Assembly: GCA_043814015.1 (NCBI GenBank)
Contig: JBDRKM010000443.1
Location: 8,926 to 72,925 of the forward strand
Source: Pseudomonadota bacterium
Lineage (GTDB): Bacteria; Myxococcota_A; UBA796; JAFGLY01
Direction of reading: 5' to 3'
DNA: 64,000 nucleotides
A model generated the notes under the pieces. The model was not told the DNA's origin and did not search any database. It saw only the letters and a program-made list of their open reading frames with translations. The number at the start of each line of letters is the position of its first letter. Position 1 is the first letter of the stretch. The translations under genes and the position numbers were made by a program. Shown piece by piece: positions 52,943 through 62,031 of the stretch.

Positions 52943-54103
52943 ATGTCCGAGCAGGCCCGACCCATGCTCCTCCCCAAACGGCCCGGTATCTCCCTCAAGA
53001 TCTCGGCGATGGTGTCGCTGATGATCGTCGGCGAGATGGTCCTGCTGGCATGGCTGCTGGACACCCTCGGCGACCAGTTCCACACCGCCCTGATCCTCTC
53101 CTTCGTGGGCGGCGCCCTGATCGCCGGGCTGGTGCTGGCCGCCGCGTTGGACTGGCTGGTCACCCGCCCCCTGCTCAACCTGGTCATCCAGGTCCGGGCC
53201 CTGCCCGAGCGCGGGTACGGCGTCCCCCTGGTGCCCAGCGGCGTGGACGAGCCGCGGGAGCTGGGCGAAGCCCTGGAGCACCTGCGCCAGCTCGTGGTCA
53301 GCCGCGAGGAGCAGCTCACCCGCCTCAACCAGGAGCTGGAGGCCCGGGTCGTGGCCCGCACCGACGAGCTCAGGCGCGCCCAGGACCAACTGTTGCGCGC
53401 GGAGAAGCTCGCCAGCGTCGGTCAGCTCGCCGGTGGCGTGGCCCACGAGGTCAACAACCCCACCGGCGTGATCCTGGCCCGCGCCTCCTACCTGGTGAGC
53501 GTGGCGGACGACGAGGGCATGGACCCGGACGTCATCGAGGACCTCGAGGTCATCGTCCAGCAGGCCGAGCGCATCCGCACCATCACCGGCGACCTGCTCG
53601 CCTTCGCGCGTCGCTCCGACTCCGCCCGCGCGACGGTGGATCTCGTGGAGGTCTGCGAGCTCGCGCGCAGCCTGCTCAAGCACAGCGCCGTCAAGGCCAG
53701 GGTCACCGTGGAGGTCGTGGCCGCGGGTCCGGTCACCGCGGTCGGGCAGCGCGACGCCCTGGAGCAGGTCGTCTCCAACCTCCTCAAGAACGCCGTAGAG
53801 GCCGCGCCCGCCGACGGGCGGGTCGAGGCGCGCCTGGTCGCGGGCGAGGGCGATGTCACCCTGCAGGTGGACGACAGCGGCCCTGGCGTCGCCACCGAGC
53901 ACCGCGATCGGGTGTTCGATCCCTTCTTCACCACCAAGCCGGTGGGGCAGGGCGCCGGCCTGGGGCTCTCGGTGGTCTACGGGATCGTCGAGGACCACCG
54001 GGGTAGCATCCACGTGACCGACAGCCCGCTGGGCGGCGCGCGCTTCGTGGTGCGCCTGCCGGCCGCGGACCCGCCAGGCTCTCCCGAGGGCGCGCCATGC
54101 TGA
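52943..54103 (+). CDS. Sensor histidine kinase (TM, HAMP, HisKA, HATPase_c)
   Basis: H-box LAGGVAHEVNNP, N-box LLKNAVEA, G-boxes DDSGPGV and GAGLGLSV. Start 52943 (ATG) or 52910 (GTG). Confidence 0.85.
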   Translation: MSEQARPMLLPKRPGISLKISAMVSLMIVGEMVLLAWLLDTLGDQFHTALILSFVGGALIAGLVLAAALDWLVTRPLLNLVIQVRALPERGYGVPLVPSGVDEPRELGEALEHLRQLVVSREEQLTRLNQELEARVVARTDELRRAQDQLLRAEKLASVGQLAGGVAHEVNNPTGVILARASYLVSVADDEGMDPDVIEDLEVIVQQAERIRTITGDLLAFARRSDSARATVDLVEVCELARSLLKHSAVKARVTVEVVAAGPVTAVGQRDALEQVVSNLLKNAVEAAPADGRVEARLVAGEGDVTLQVDDSGPGVATEHRDRVFDPFFTTKPVGQGAGLGLSVVYGIVEDHRGSIHVTDSPLGGARFVVRLPAADPPGSPEGAPC

Positions 54104-55554
54104 ACCAGGCCTTGATCCTCTGCGTCGATGACGAACCCGACCTGCTCGACACCCTGCGACGCATGCTGGCGCGTGCCGGCCACGAGGTGCTGCTGGCCTC
54201 CTCGGGTGAGGAGGCGCTGGTGGCCCTCAGTCGCCAGCGCCCCGACCTCGTCATCACCGACCTGATGATGCCCGGCGTCGACGGCATGCAGGTGCTCGCT
54301 CGCACCGTCGAGCTCTACCCCGACGTCGCGGTGCTGCTGATCACCGCCTACGCCACGGTCCAGACCGCGGTGGAGGCCATCCGCCGCGGGGCCTACGACT
54401 ACCTGCCCAAGCCCTTCACCCACCAGCAGCTGCTCGTGGTGGTGGAGCGCGCCCTGACCCAGGCCCGCCTGCAAGATGAGAACCGCCGCCTGCGGGCCCA
54501 GCTCACCGGCGAGCAGGACGACCTGGGCATCGTCGGCAGCTCCGGCCCCATGCGGCGCGTGGTGGAGATGGTGCGGCGCGTGGCCCCCACGGATCTCGGG
54601 GTGTTGATCACGGGCGAGAGCGGCACCGGCAAGGAGGTGGTCGCCCGTGCCCTGCATCGCGCCTCGCAGCGAGCCGCCGGTCCCTTCGTCCCCGTGGACT
54701 GCGGCGCCATCCCCTCCAACCTCATGGAGTCCGAGCTGTTCGGCCACGAGCGCGGCGCCTTCACCGGCGCGGCCAGCACCCGGGGCGGCCTGGTGGCGGC
54801 CGCCGAGGGCGGCACCTTCTTCCTGGACGAGGTGGGCGAGCTGGATCTCGGCGTACAGGTGAAGCTGCTGCGGCTGCTGCAGGAGGGGGAGTACCGCCGC
54901 GTGGGTGGCAACAAGCTGCTCGGCTCCGACATCCGGGTCCTGGCGGCCACCAACCGTGATCTCGATGGCGACGTGCGCGCCGGCCGCTTCCGGGAGGATC
55001 TGTTCCATCGCCTCAACGTGGTGCGCGTGCCGCTGCCCCCGCTGCGCGAGCGCCCCGAGGACATCCCCATCCTGCTCGACCACTTCATGACCCGCCTCCG
55101 CAAACAGGCCGTCCGCGCCGAGCTGCGTTTCTCGAACGAGGTGGCGGATCGGCTCGTGGCCTACGCCTGGCCTGGCAACGTGCGCGAGCTGCTCAACTGC
55201 TGCCGCTACGTCGTCGGCCTGGCCGAGGGGCCGGTCGTGCAGGTCGAGGACCTGCCCCACTTCCTGCGTCGCGACCTGCCTGAGGTCACCGCACTCCGCC
55301 CCGCGTCGGGCGCCGGCCCCACCATCGCCGCCGCCGGCCCCAGCGTGCGCCACGACCTCCCCTACAAGGCCGCCAAGCGCGCCTGGCTCGAGTACTTCGA
55401 GACCCACTACATCATCGACCTGCTCGAGGCCCACGGGGGCAACATCTCCCAGGCCGCCCGCACGGCCGGCATCGACCGCAAGAGCATCCAGCGCCTGATG
55501 AAGCGCAACGACCTCTCCTCCGACGACCTGGAAGAGGGGGACGACGAGGGGTGA
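54097..55554 (+). CDS. Sigma-54-dependent response regulator (REC, AAA+, Fis-type HTH; NtrC family)
   Basis: Receiver DLVITDLMMPG. Walker A GESGTGKE. GAFTGA loop. C-terminal HTH GNISQAARTAGIDRKSIQR. Overlaps the kinase stop by 7 nt. Confidence 0.9.
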   Translation: MLNQALILCVDDEPDLLDTLRRMLARAGHEVLLASSGEEALVALSRQRPDLVITDLMMPGVDGMQVLARTVELYPDVAVLLITAYATVQTAVEAIRRGAYDYLPKPFTHQQLLVVVERALTQARLQDENRRLRAQLTGEQDDLGIVGSSGPMRRVVEMVRRVAPTDLGVLITGESGTGKEVVARALHRASQRAAGPFVPVDCGAIPSNLMESELFGHERGAFTGAASTRGGLVAAAEGGTFFLDEVGELDLGVQVKLLRLLQEGEYRRVGGNKLLGSDIRVLAATNRDLDGDVRAGRFREDLFHRLNVVRVPLPPLRERPEDIPILLDHFMTRLRKQAVRAELRFSNEVADRLVAYAWPGNVRELLNCCRYVVGLAEGPVVQVEDLPHFLRRDLPEVTALRPASGAGPTIAAAGPSVRHDLPYKAAKRAWLEYFETHYIIDLLEAHGGNISQAARTAGIDRKSIQRLMKRNDLSSDDLEEGDDEG

Positions 55555-55617
55555 GCCTTCGGGCGGTCCCCGCGCGGGTTAGCAAGCGCACCTGATTTGT
55601 TCCGCGTGGAGCGCGCC

Positions 55618-56985
<1,368 letters not shown>

Positions 56986-57081
56986 GCCCCGCGCTGGGCC
57001 CGGGCCGGGCGGTCGCCTCGCTGGGGCTGGCTTGCCTTTTCCCAGGAGACGGGCCAGAAGGAAGGGAAACCGGAGGCCGCC

Positions 57082-57381
57082 GTGATCACCCTCAAAGCCA
57101 GCCGCGATCTGCGACCCATCTCGGATCTCAAGTCTTCGGGCGCCGACATCGTGCGGCAGGTCAACCAGACCGGGCGCCCCGTGGTGCTCACCCGGCACGG
57201 GCGGGGTGTGGCCGTGTTGCTCACTGTGGAGCAGTATGAGCACCTGTACGAGCGGTTGGAGACCCTCGAGCGTCGGTTGGCAGTCGAGGGCGGCGAGCCG
57301 GGTCCGATCGAGGAGGACGAGGTGTCCTGTCCCGACCTCCCGAAGAAGACCGATTTCGCCCGACTGGGTCATCTCCGGTAG
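57082..57381 (+). CDS. Phd/YefM-family type II antitoxin (no cognate toxin gene seen)
   Basis: ISDLKSSGADIVRQVNQTGRPVVLTRHGRGVAVLLTVEQYEHL is a typical Phd/YefM N-domain. About 35-aa acidic C-terminal extension. Confidence 0.7.
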   Translation: MITLKASRDLRPISDLKSSGADIVRQVNQTGRPVVLTRHGRGVAVLLTVEQYEHLYERLETLERRLAVEGGEPGPIEEDEVSCPDLPKKTDFARLGHLR

Positions 57382-57441
57382 AAGTGGGCGTGGATGTGCG
57401 GTGCGTTTCCGTTAGTGGTGAGCTTCCCGAAGGAGCCCATC

Positions 57442-57741
57442 ATGCCCGCCACCCTCGTCCTCCCCGATGCGCTGTTCGCCCCCACCCAGGCCTTCCTGGC
57501 CGAGCAGGGGATCTCCCTCGCCGTGGCCGCCGAGCCGCCTGCCGAGGGCGCCATGATCGCGGTGGTCCAGGGTGATCGCGGCCAGGAGAGCGAGGCCGCC
57601 CGGCTCGTCGCCGGTGGGCGCATCAAGTGCTCCCTTGCGCTGGGCATGGCGGGCCGGCTCGGGATCAGCCCGGCCCAGGTGGGCCTGCTGCTCAACCACC
57701 TGGAGATCAAGGTCTTCTCCTGTTCGTTGGGCTGTTTCTGA
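57442..57741 (+). CDS. Hypothetical small protein ending in CSLGCF
   Basis: In-frame ATG 57442 with GAAGGAG RBS. 1-nt overlap with the following gene. No motif recognised. Confidence 0.45.
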   Translation: MPATLVLPDALFAPTQAFLAEQGISLAVAAEPPAEGAMIAVVQGDRGQESEAARLVAGGRIKCSLALGMAGRLGISPAQVGLLLNHLEIKVFSCSLGCF

Positions 57742-58529
57742 TGGCGCGGGTGTGGGTCGTCTGTGGTGCCGGGCGCGGCGTCGGCAAGACCTGTGTGGCC
57801 CACACCCTTGGCCGGGTCCTGCCCGATGCGGTGGTGTGCAAGCAGGGGCACCACGCGGCTCAGGCCGGGCGGCCCGACCACCTGCTGCGCACGGAGGAGG
57901 AGGTCGAGGCTTTCCTCGCGGCCCACGCCGATCAGGCCCACATCGTGCTGGAGTCCAACGCGGCGGCGCTCGCTGGTCGTGGCCACGTGGTCATCTTCGT
58001 GGAGGGCGTGCCCGTGGGCACCACCCGGCGCCCCGACGCCGACGCGCTCAGGGCCGCCGCGGGGATCGTGCTGGCGCCCGAGGAGCCCCTGGCCAACTGG
58101 CGCGCCGCCCTGCTGCAGGTGCTCCCCGAGCCCGACCTGCGCGGGGCCACGCTCGAGGCCCTGCTCGGCGCCCTCCGCTGGCGCCGGGATCCCGCGCTGC
58201 AGGTCCGCACCAAGCTCTGGCTCGAGCCCCCCGCGGGGGCTGGCTTCGGCCAGGGCCTCATGGAGCTGCTCACCCTGGTGGGCGAGACGGGCACCCTGCG
58301 CGCGGCCGCGAAGGGCGCCAGCATGAGCTACCGTCACGCCTGGGATCTGGTGCGCGCCGCGGAGGAACAGCTCGGCCTGCCCCTGATAGCGGCCCAGCCC
58401 GGCGGCCGGCGCGGCGGCTCCTCCTCGCTGACCGCCCTGGGTTGCCGCCTGCTGCGGCTGCACCGGCAGCTCGACGCCGAGGTGGCGGCCTTCGCACGCA
58501 AGCGACTGGAGGAACTGCTCCCGGCCTGA
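57741..58529 (+). CDS. MobB-like P-loop domain fused to a ModE-type winged-helix DNA-binding domain
   Basis: N-terminus VCGAGRGVGKT ... VVCKQGHH (MobB-like). C-terminus GTLRAAAKGASMSYRHAWDLVRAAEEQLGLPLI..GGRRGGSSSLT (ModE N-domain-like). Confidence 0.6.
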   Translation: MARVWVVCGAGRGVGKTCVAHTLGRVLPDAVVCKQGHHAAQAGRPDHLLRTEEEVEAFLAAHADQAHIVLESNAAALAGRGHVVIFVEGVPVGTTRRPDADALRAAAGIVLAPEEPLANWRAALLQVLPEPDLRGATLEALLGALRWRRDPALQVRTKLWLEPPAGAGFGQGLMELLTLVGETGTLRAAAKGASMSYRHAWDLVRAAEEQLGLPLIAAQPGGRRGGSSSLTALGCRLLRLHRQLDAEVAAFARKRLEELLPA

Positions 58530-59363
58530 TCAGGGGGGAGGGCCGAGCCCGAAGGCGTCCGGGTCGTCGCGCACGGCCCGGCAGAGGCCGGCGAACTCCG
58601 CGTCGTCGGCGAAGAAGTAGCGGTCGAGGTGCGCGCGCAGGGCGTCGGCCAGGGATGGCTCGCCGAGCTCGTCACGGAGCTTGCCCTCGATGATCAGCAG
58701 GGAGCGGACTGCCTCCAGCCGCTCCGCCCGGAGGCGCTTCAGGCGGCGCCGGTTCAGGTTGTAGACCCGGATGGAGGCCTCACCCATCTCGTCGAGATCG
58801 ATGACGCCGCCGTCGACGCCGAAGGCGATGTGGACGGCCGGATCGTCTGCGCAAGGGTCGATGAGCAAGCGGCCCTCGTCGGCGATGTCATGATCGTCGT
58901 CGTCGTCGGCCATCTTGCGCAAGGCCTCGTCGGCGACCGGGAACTGGTCGAGCTTGCCGGCGACGGGCTCTTCGGCGTCGGGCCGATCGTCCCAGGTGCG
59001 GGCGTCGGTCTGGCGCTGGTTGCAGAGCTGACAGGAGAAGTAGAGGTTGGTCCAGCGGTACGCGAGCCAGTAGTAGCCGGGGTGATCGGGCCGCTCCGCC
59101 ACGCGACCCTTGGGCCGGAAGTGCTCCACGTCCCAGGAGGAGCCGGCGGCCGGTTTCCACTCGCAGTAGGCGCATTTTCCGTGGAAGAGTTTCTCCAGGG
59201 CGCGCTTGACCGACGCGGTCTTGTAGGTGCTGGCGAACTCGAAGTCGTCATCGGCGTGGTGCTCGATGGCGTGCGTGGTGCGGGTATTGGCGCTGGTCTT
59301 CCAGCTCGATGCCGGCTCTATCTTCGTGGTCCCGTCCCACTGCTCGCGCTCGACGTGGATCAC
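58530..59363 (-). CDS. ptuB: HNH endonuclease of the Septu PtuB / TIGR02646 type
   Basis: GTG 59363 in a GTGA overlap with the ptuA stop. HGKCAYCE...DVEHFRPKG...WTNLYFSCQLCN HNH core. Confidence 0.7.
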   Translation of the reverse strand: MIHVEREQWDGTTKIEPASSWKTSANTRTTHAIEHHADDDFEFASTYKTASVKRALEKLFHGKCAYCEWKPAAGSSWDVEHFRPKGRVAERPDHPGYYWLAYRWTNLYFSCQLCNQRQTDARTWDDRPDAEEPVAGKLDQFPVADEALRKMADDDDDHDIADEGRLLIDPCADDPAVHIAFGVDGGVIDLDEMGEASIRVYNLNRRRLKRLRAERLEAVRSLLIIEGKLRDELGEPSLADALRAHLDRYFFADDAEFAGLCRAVRDDPDAFGLGPPP

Positions 59364-60553
59364 GAGGGCTCCCGGACGAGCTGCAGGGCGTCGAGATCGC
59401 GCGCCAGGCGGCGCAGCTCGGCGGCCTGCGAGCTGGTCCGGCGGGCCTGTGGGAGCCGCACCAGCTCGCGGTAACGTTGGAGCTTGGCCGAGACCTCGGT
59501 GGAGTACGGCGAGGTGGCGAACAGGCTCGCGTGCTCGAACACGTCCTCGACGGAGTACGCCCGCAGGTCGGGGACGCCGGGCGCCACGCCCACGTGCACC
59601 CCGTCGGGCGCGCGCCTGAGCGGCACGAGCAGGCCCTGGCCGAGGCCGAGGGCCACCAGGGGGCTGTGGGTGGTGGCCAGCACCTGGACCTCGGGCATGG
59701 CGAGGGCGAGCCCCTCGAGCAGGTGGGCCTGCATGGCCGGGTGGAGGTGCTGGTCGATCTCGTCCACGAGCAGGATGCCGCTCAGGTGGCCCGCGCGCAG
59801 TCGGCCCGCGCGCATGGCCCAGGCGAAGATATCGAGCAGCCACATGAGGGACATGCGGTAGCCGTCCGCGAGGGCCTCGATCTCCACCTCGCCCCCCACC
59901 GTGGGGCCGGTGACGCTCACCCCGCCACCCTGCGGCAGCTCGATCCGATCGTGCTCCCCGAGCCCCAGGGCACCCTTGAGACGCCCGATCCAGGCCTCGT
60001 ACTGCTCGCCGCCCGCGTAGTCCCGCAGCCGGCGCAGCGAGAGCTCGATGTTGTTGAAAGGGGTGTTGTAGCGGAACAAGGACTCGACGGAGTCGGCGGT
60101 CCGGTATCCCTTGCCCGCGGCGCCCCCCTCCACGGCGCGCCCGCTGCCGTAGCCGCAGACCAGGCCGGGCGAACGGCCTTCGCCTTCGATCCGCTGCTCC
60201 TCGATGCGGTCACCGTGGCCGTTGCGCGCGATGGTGGTGGAGACGGTGCGGATGCGCCCGTGGCCGTCGCGCAGCTCCAGCCGGATGCTGCCTGACGTTC
60301 GCCCGTTGGCGACCATGTGGCCGATGGGCGCGGCCAGCAGGGCGTCGGCGTCGGAGCGCTCGGACAGGCCCAGCGCGATGGCGCGCAGCAGGGTGGTCTT
60401 GCCCGTGCCGTTGACACCGATCACCAGTGCCTGGCCGCGGGGAACCCCGCCCTCGTCGAGGAGGGAGATGTCGAGCCGGTCGAACCCGCGGAGGCCCTCG
60501 ATCGTGACCCGAGCCAGCCAGACCCTGTCGTAGGGAACGTCTTCGTCGCCCAT
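59360..60553 (-). CDS. ptuA: AAA/ABC-type ATPase of the Septu PtuA type
   Basis: ATG 60553 with AAGGAGG RBS. Walker A GVNGTGKTT. Walker B ILLVDEIDQHLHP. ATTHSP. Confidence 0.7.
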   Translation of the reverse strand: MGDEDVPYDRVWLARVTIEGLRGFDRLDISLLDEGGVPRGQALVIGVNGTGKTTLLRAIALGLSERSDADALLAAPIGHMVANGRTSGSIRLELRDGHGRIRTVSTTIARNGHGDRIEEQRIEGEGRSPGLVCGYGSGRAVEGGAAGKGYRTADSVESLFRYNTPFNNIELSLRRLRDYAGGEQYEAWIGRLKGALGLGEHDRIELPQGGGVSVTGPTVGGEVEIEALADGYRMSLMWLLDIFAWAMRAGRLRAGHLSGILLVDEIDQHLHPAMQAHLLEGLALAMPEVQVLATTHSPLVALGLGQGLLVPLRRAPDGVHVGVAPGVPDLRAYSVEDVFEHASLFATSPYSTEVSAKLQRYRELVRLPQARRTSSQAAELRRLARDLDALQLVREPS

Positions 60554-60594
60554 GGACGCAGCCTCCTTGGATTCCGAGGAGGAATAACCTGGTC

Positions 60595-62031
60595 TCAGGC
60601 GCGCACCCGCTCGACCGTCAGCGTGTTGGTGGAGCCGCGCTCGTGGGTGCGGCCGGTGAGGATCACCACCTCGTCCCCCTCGCGCACCAGGCCGCGCTCC
60701 AGCAGGGCGCGCTCGGCGGCGGCGATCATGGCCGCGCCATCGCCGGCGATCTCCGGGACCAGCAGAGGGGTGACGCCCCAGGCCAGCGCCAGCTTGTGGG
60801 CGGTGTCCGCCCGTGGGGTGAGGGCGAAGAGCGCGCAGGGCGGACGTGACTTGCTGGCCACGATGGCCGAGAAGCCCGACCAGGTGAAGACCACCAGCGG
60901 GCGCGGGCGCTCGCGCACGGCGAAGCAGGCGGCGCGCGCCACGGTGGAGCCCACGTCGGGGATGGCGGGAAGATCCTCGAGCGGGGGCAGGTGCAGGAAG
61001 GCGCTGCCCTCGGCGGCCTCGGCCAGGCGCACCATGGCGGCCACGGCCTCCAGCGGGAAGCGCCCGGCGGCGGTCTCGCCCGAGAGCATGATCGCGTCGG
61101 TGCCGTCCAGGATGGCGTTGACCACGTCGGTGGCCTCGGCGCGGGTGGGCCGTGGGGCCTCCATCATGGACTCCAGCATCTGGGTGGCGGTGATGACCAG
61201 CACACCCGCCAGGTTGGCGGCCCTGATCAGGCGCTTCTGGGCGATGGGGACCTGCTCCAGGGGGATCTCCACCCCCAGATCGCCGCGGGCCACCATGATG
61301 GCCTCGACCCGCGCCAGGATGCCGTCGATCTCGTCGAGGGCCTGGGGCTTCTCGATCTTGGCGCAGACCGGGATGTCGGCCGCGCCGAGGCGCCGCAGCT
61401 CGACCCGGAGGGTGTCGATGTCCGCGGCGCGGCGCACGAAGGAGAGGGCCACCCAGTCCACGCCGGCGGCCACGCCGGCCGCGAGGTCCTCCAGGTCCTT
61501 GGCGGTCAGGCAGGGCGCGGCCAGGGCCAGCCCGGGCACGTTGATGCCCTTGTGGGCGCCCAACGCTCCGCCGTTGACCGCGCGCAGGCGCACCTCGGGT
61601 GGCGCCGCCGCCGGCAGGACCTCCACCACCACGGCCTCCAGCGCGCCGTCGGCGAACAGCACGCGCGCGCCGGGGTGGAGATCGTGGACGAGATCGGGCC
61701 AGGTGGTGCCGAAGCGACCCGGCGAGGCGGGCAGATCGGGGTCCATCACCAGGGAGAAGACCTCGCCCGCCGCGACGGGCACGGGCGCGGCGGCCGGGCC
61801 GGTGCGGATCTTGGGGCCCTGCAGATCCAGCAACACCGCCACATGGCGCCCGACGACGGCGGCGGCGGCGCGTACGGCGGCGGTGGTGGCGCGGATGCTC
61901 TCCGGCGTGCTGTGGCTGCCGTTGATGCGGCACACGTCCACACCAGCCTCCAGCAGCTCCTCCAGCACTCCGGGCTTCATGGTGGCCGGGCCGAGGGTGG
62001 CGACGATGCGCGTGGCGCGGGGGCGGGTCAC
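60595..62031 (-). CDS. pyk: Pyruvate kinase
   Basis: GTG 62031 after GGAGG. RIVATLGPAT, RINGSHS, KIEKPQAL and MVARGDLGVEIP signatures. Upstream part of ORF 60595..62337 is junk. Confidence 0.95.
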   Translation of the reverse strand: MTRPRATRIVATLGPATMKPGVLEELLEAGVDVCRINGSHSTPESIRATTAAVRAAAAVVGRHVAVLLDLQGPKIRTGPAAAPVPVAAGEVFSLVMDPDLPASPGRFGTTWPDLVHDLHPGARVLFADGALEAVVVEVLPAAAPPEVRLRAVNGGALGAHKGINVPGLALAAPCLTAKDLEDLAAGVAAGVDWVALSFVRRAADIDTLRVELRRLGAADIPVCAKIEKPQALDEIDGILARVEAIMVARGDLGVEIPLEQVPIAQKRLIRAANLAGVLVITATQMLESMMEAPRPTRAEATDVVNAILDGTDAIMLSGETAAGRFPLEAVAAMVRLAEAAEGSAFLHLPPLEDLPAIPDVGSTVARAACFAVRERPRPLVVFTWSGFSAIVASKSRPPCALFALTPRADTAHKLALAWGVTPLLVPEIAGDGAAMIAAAERALLERGLVREGDEVVILTGRTHERGSTNTLTVERVRA

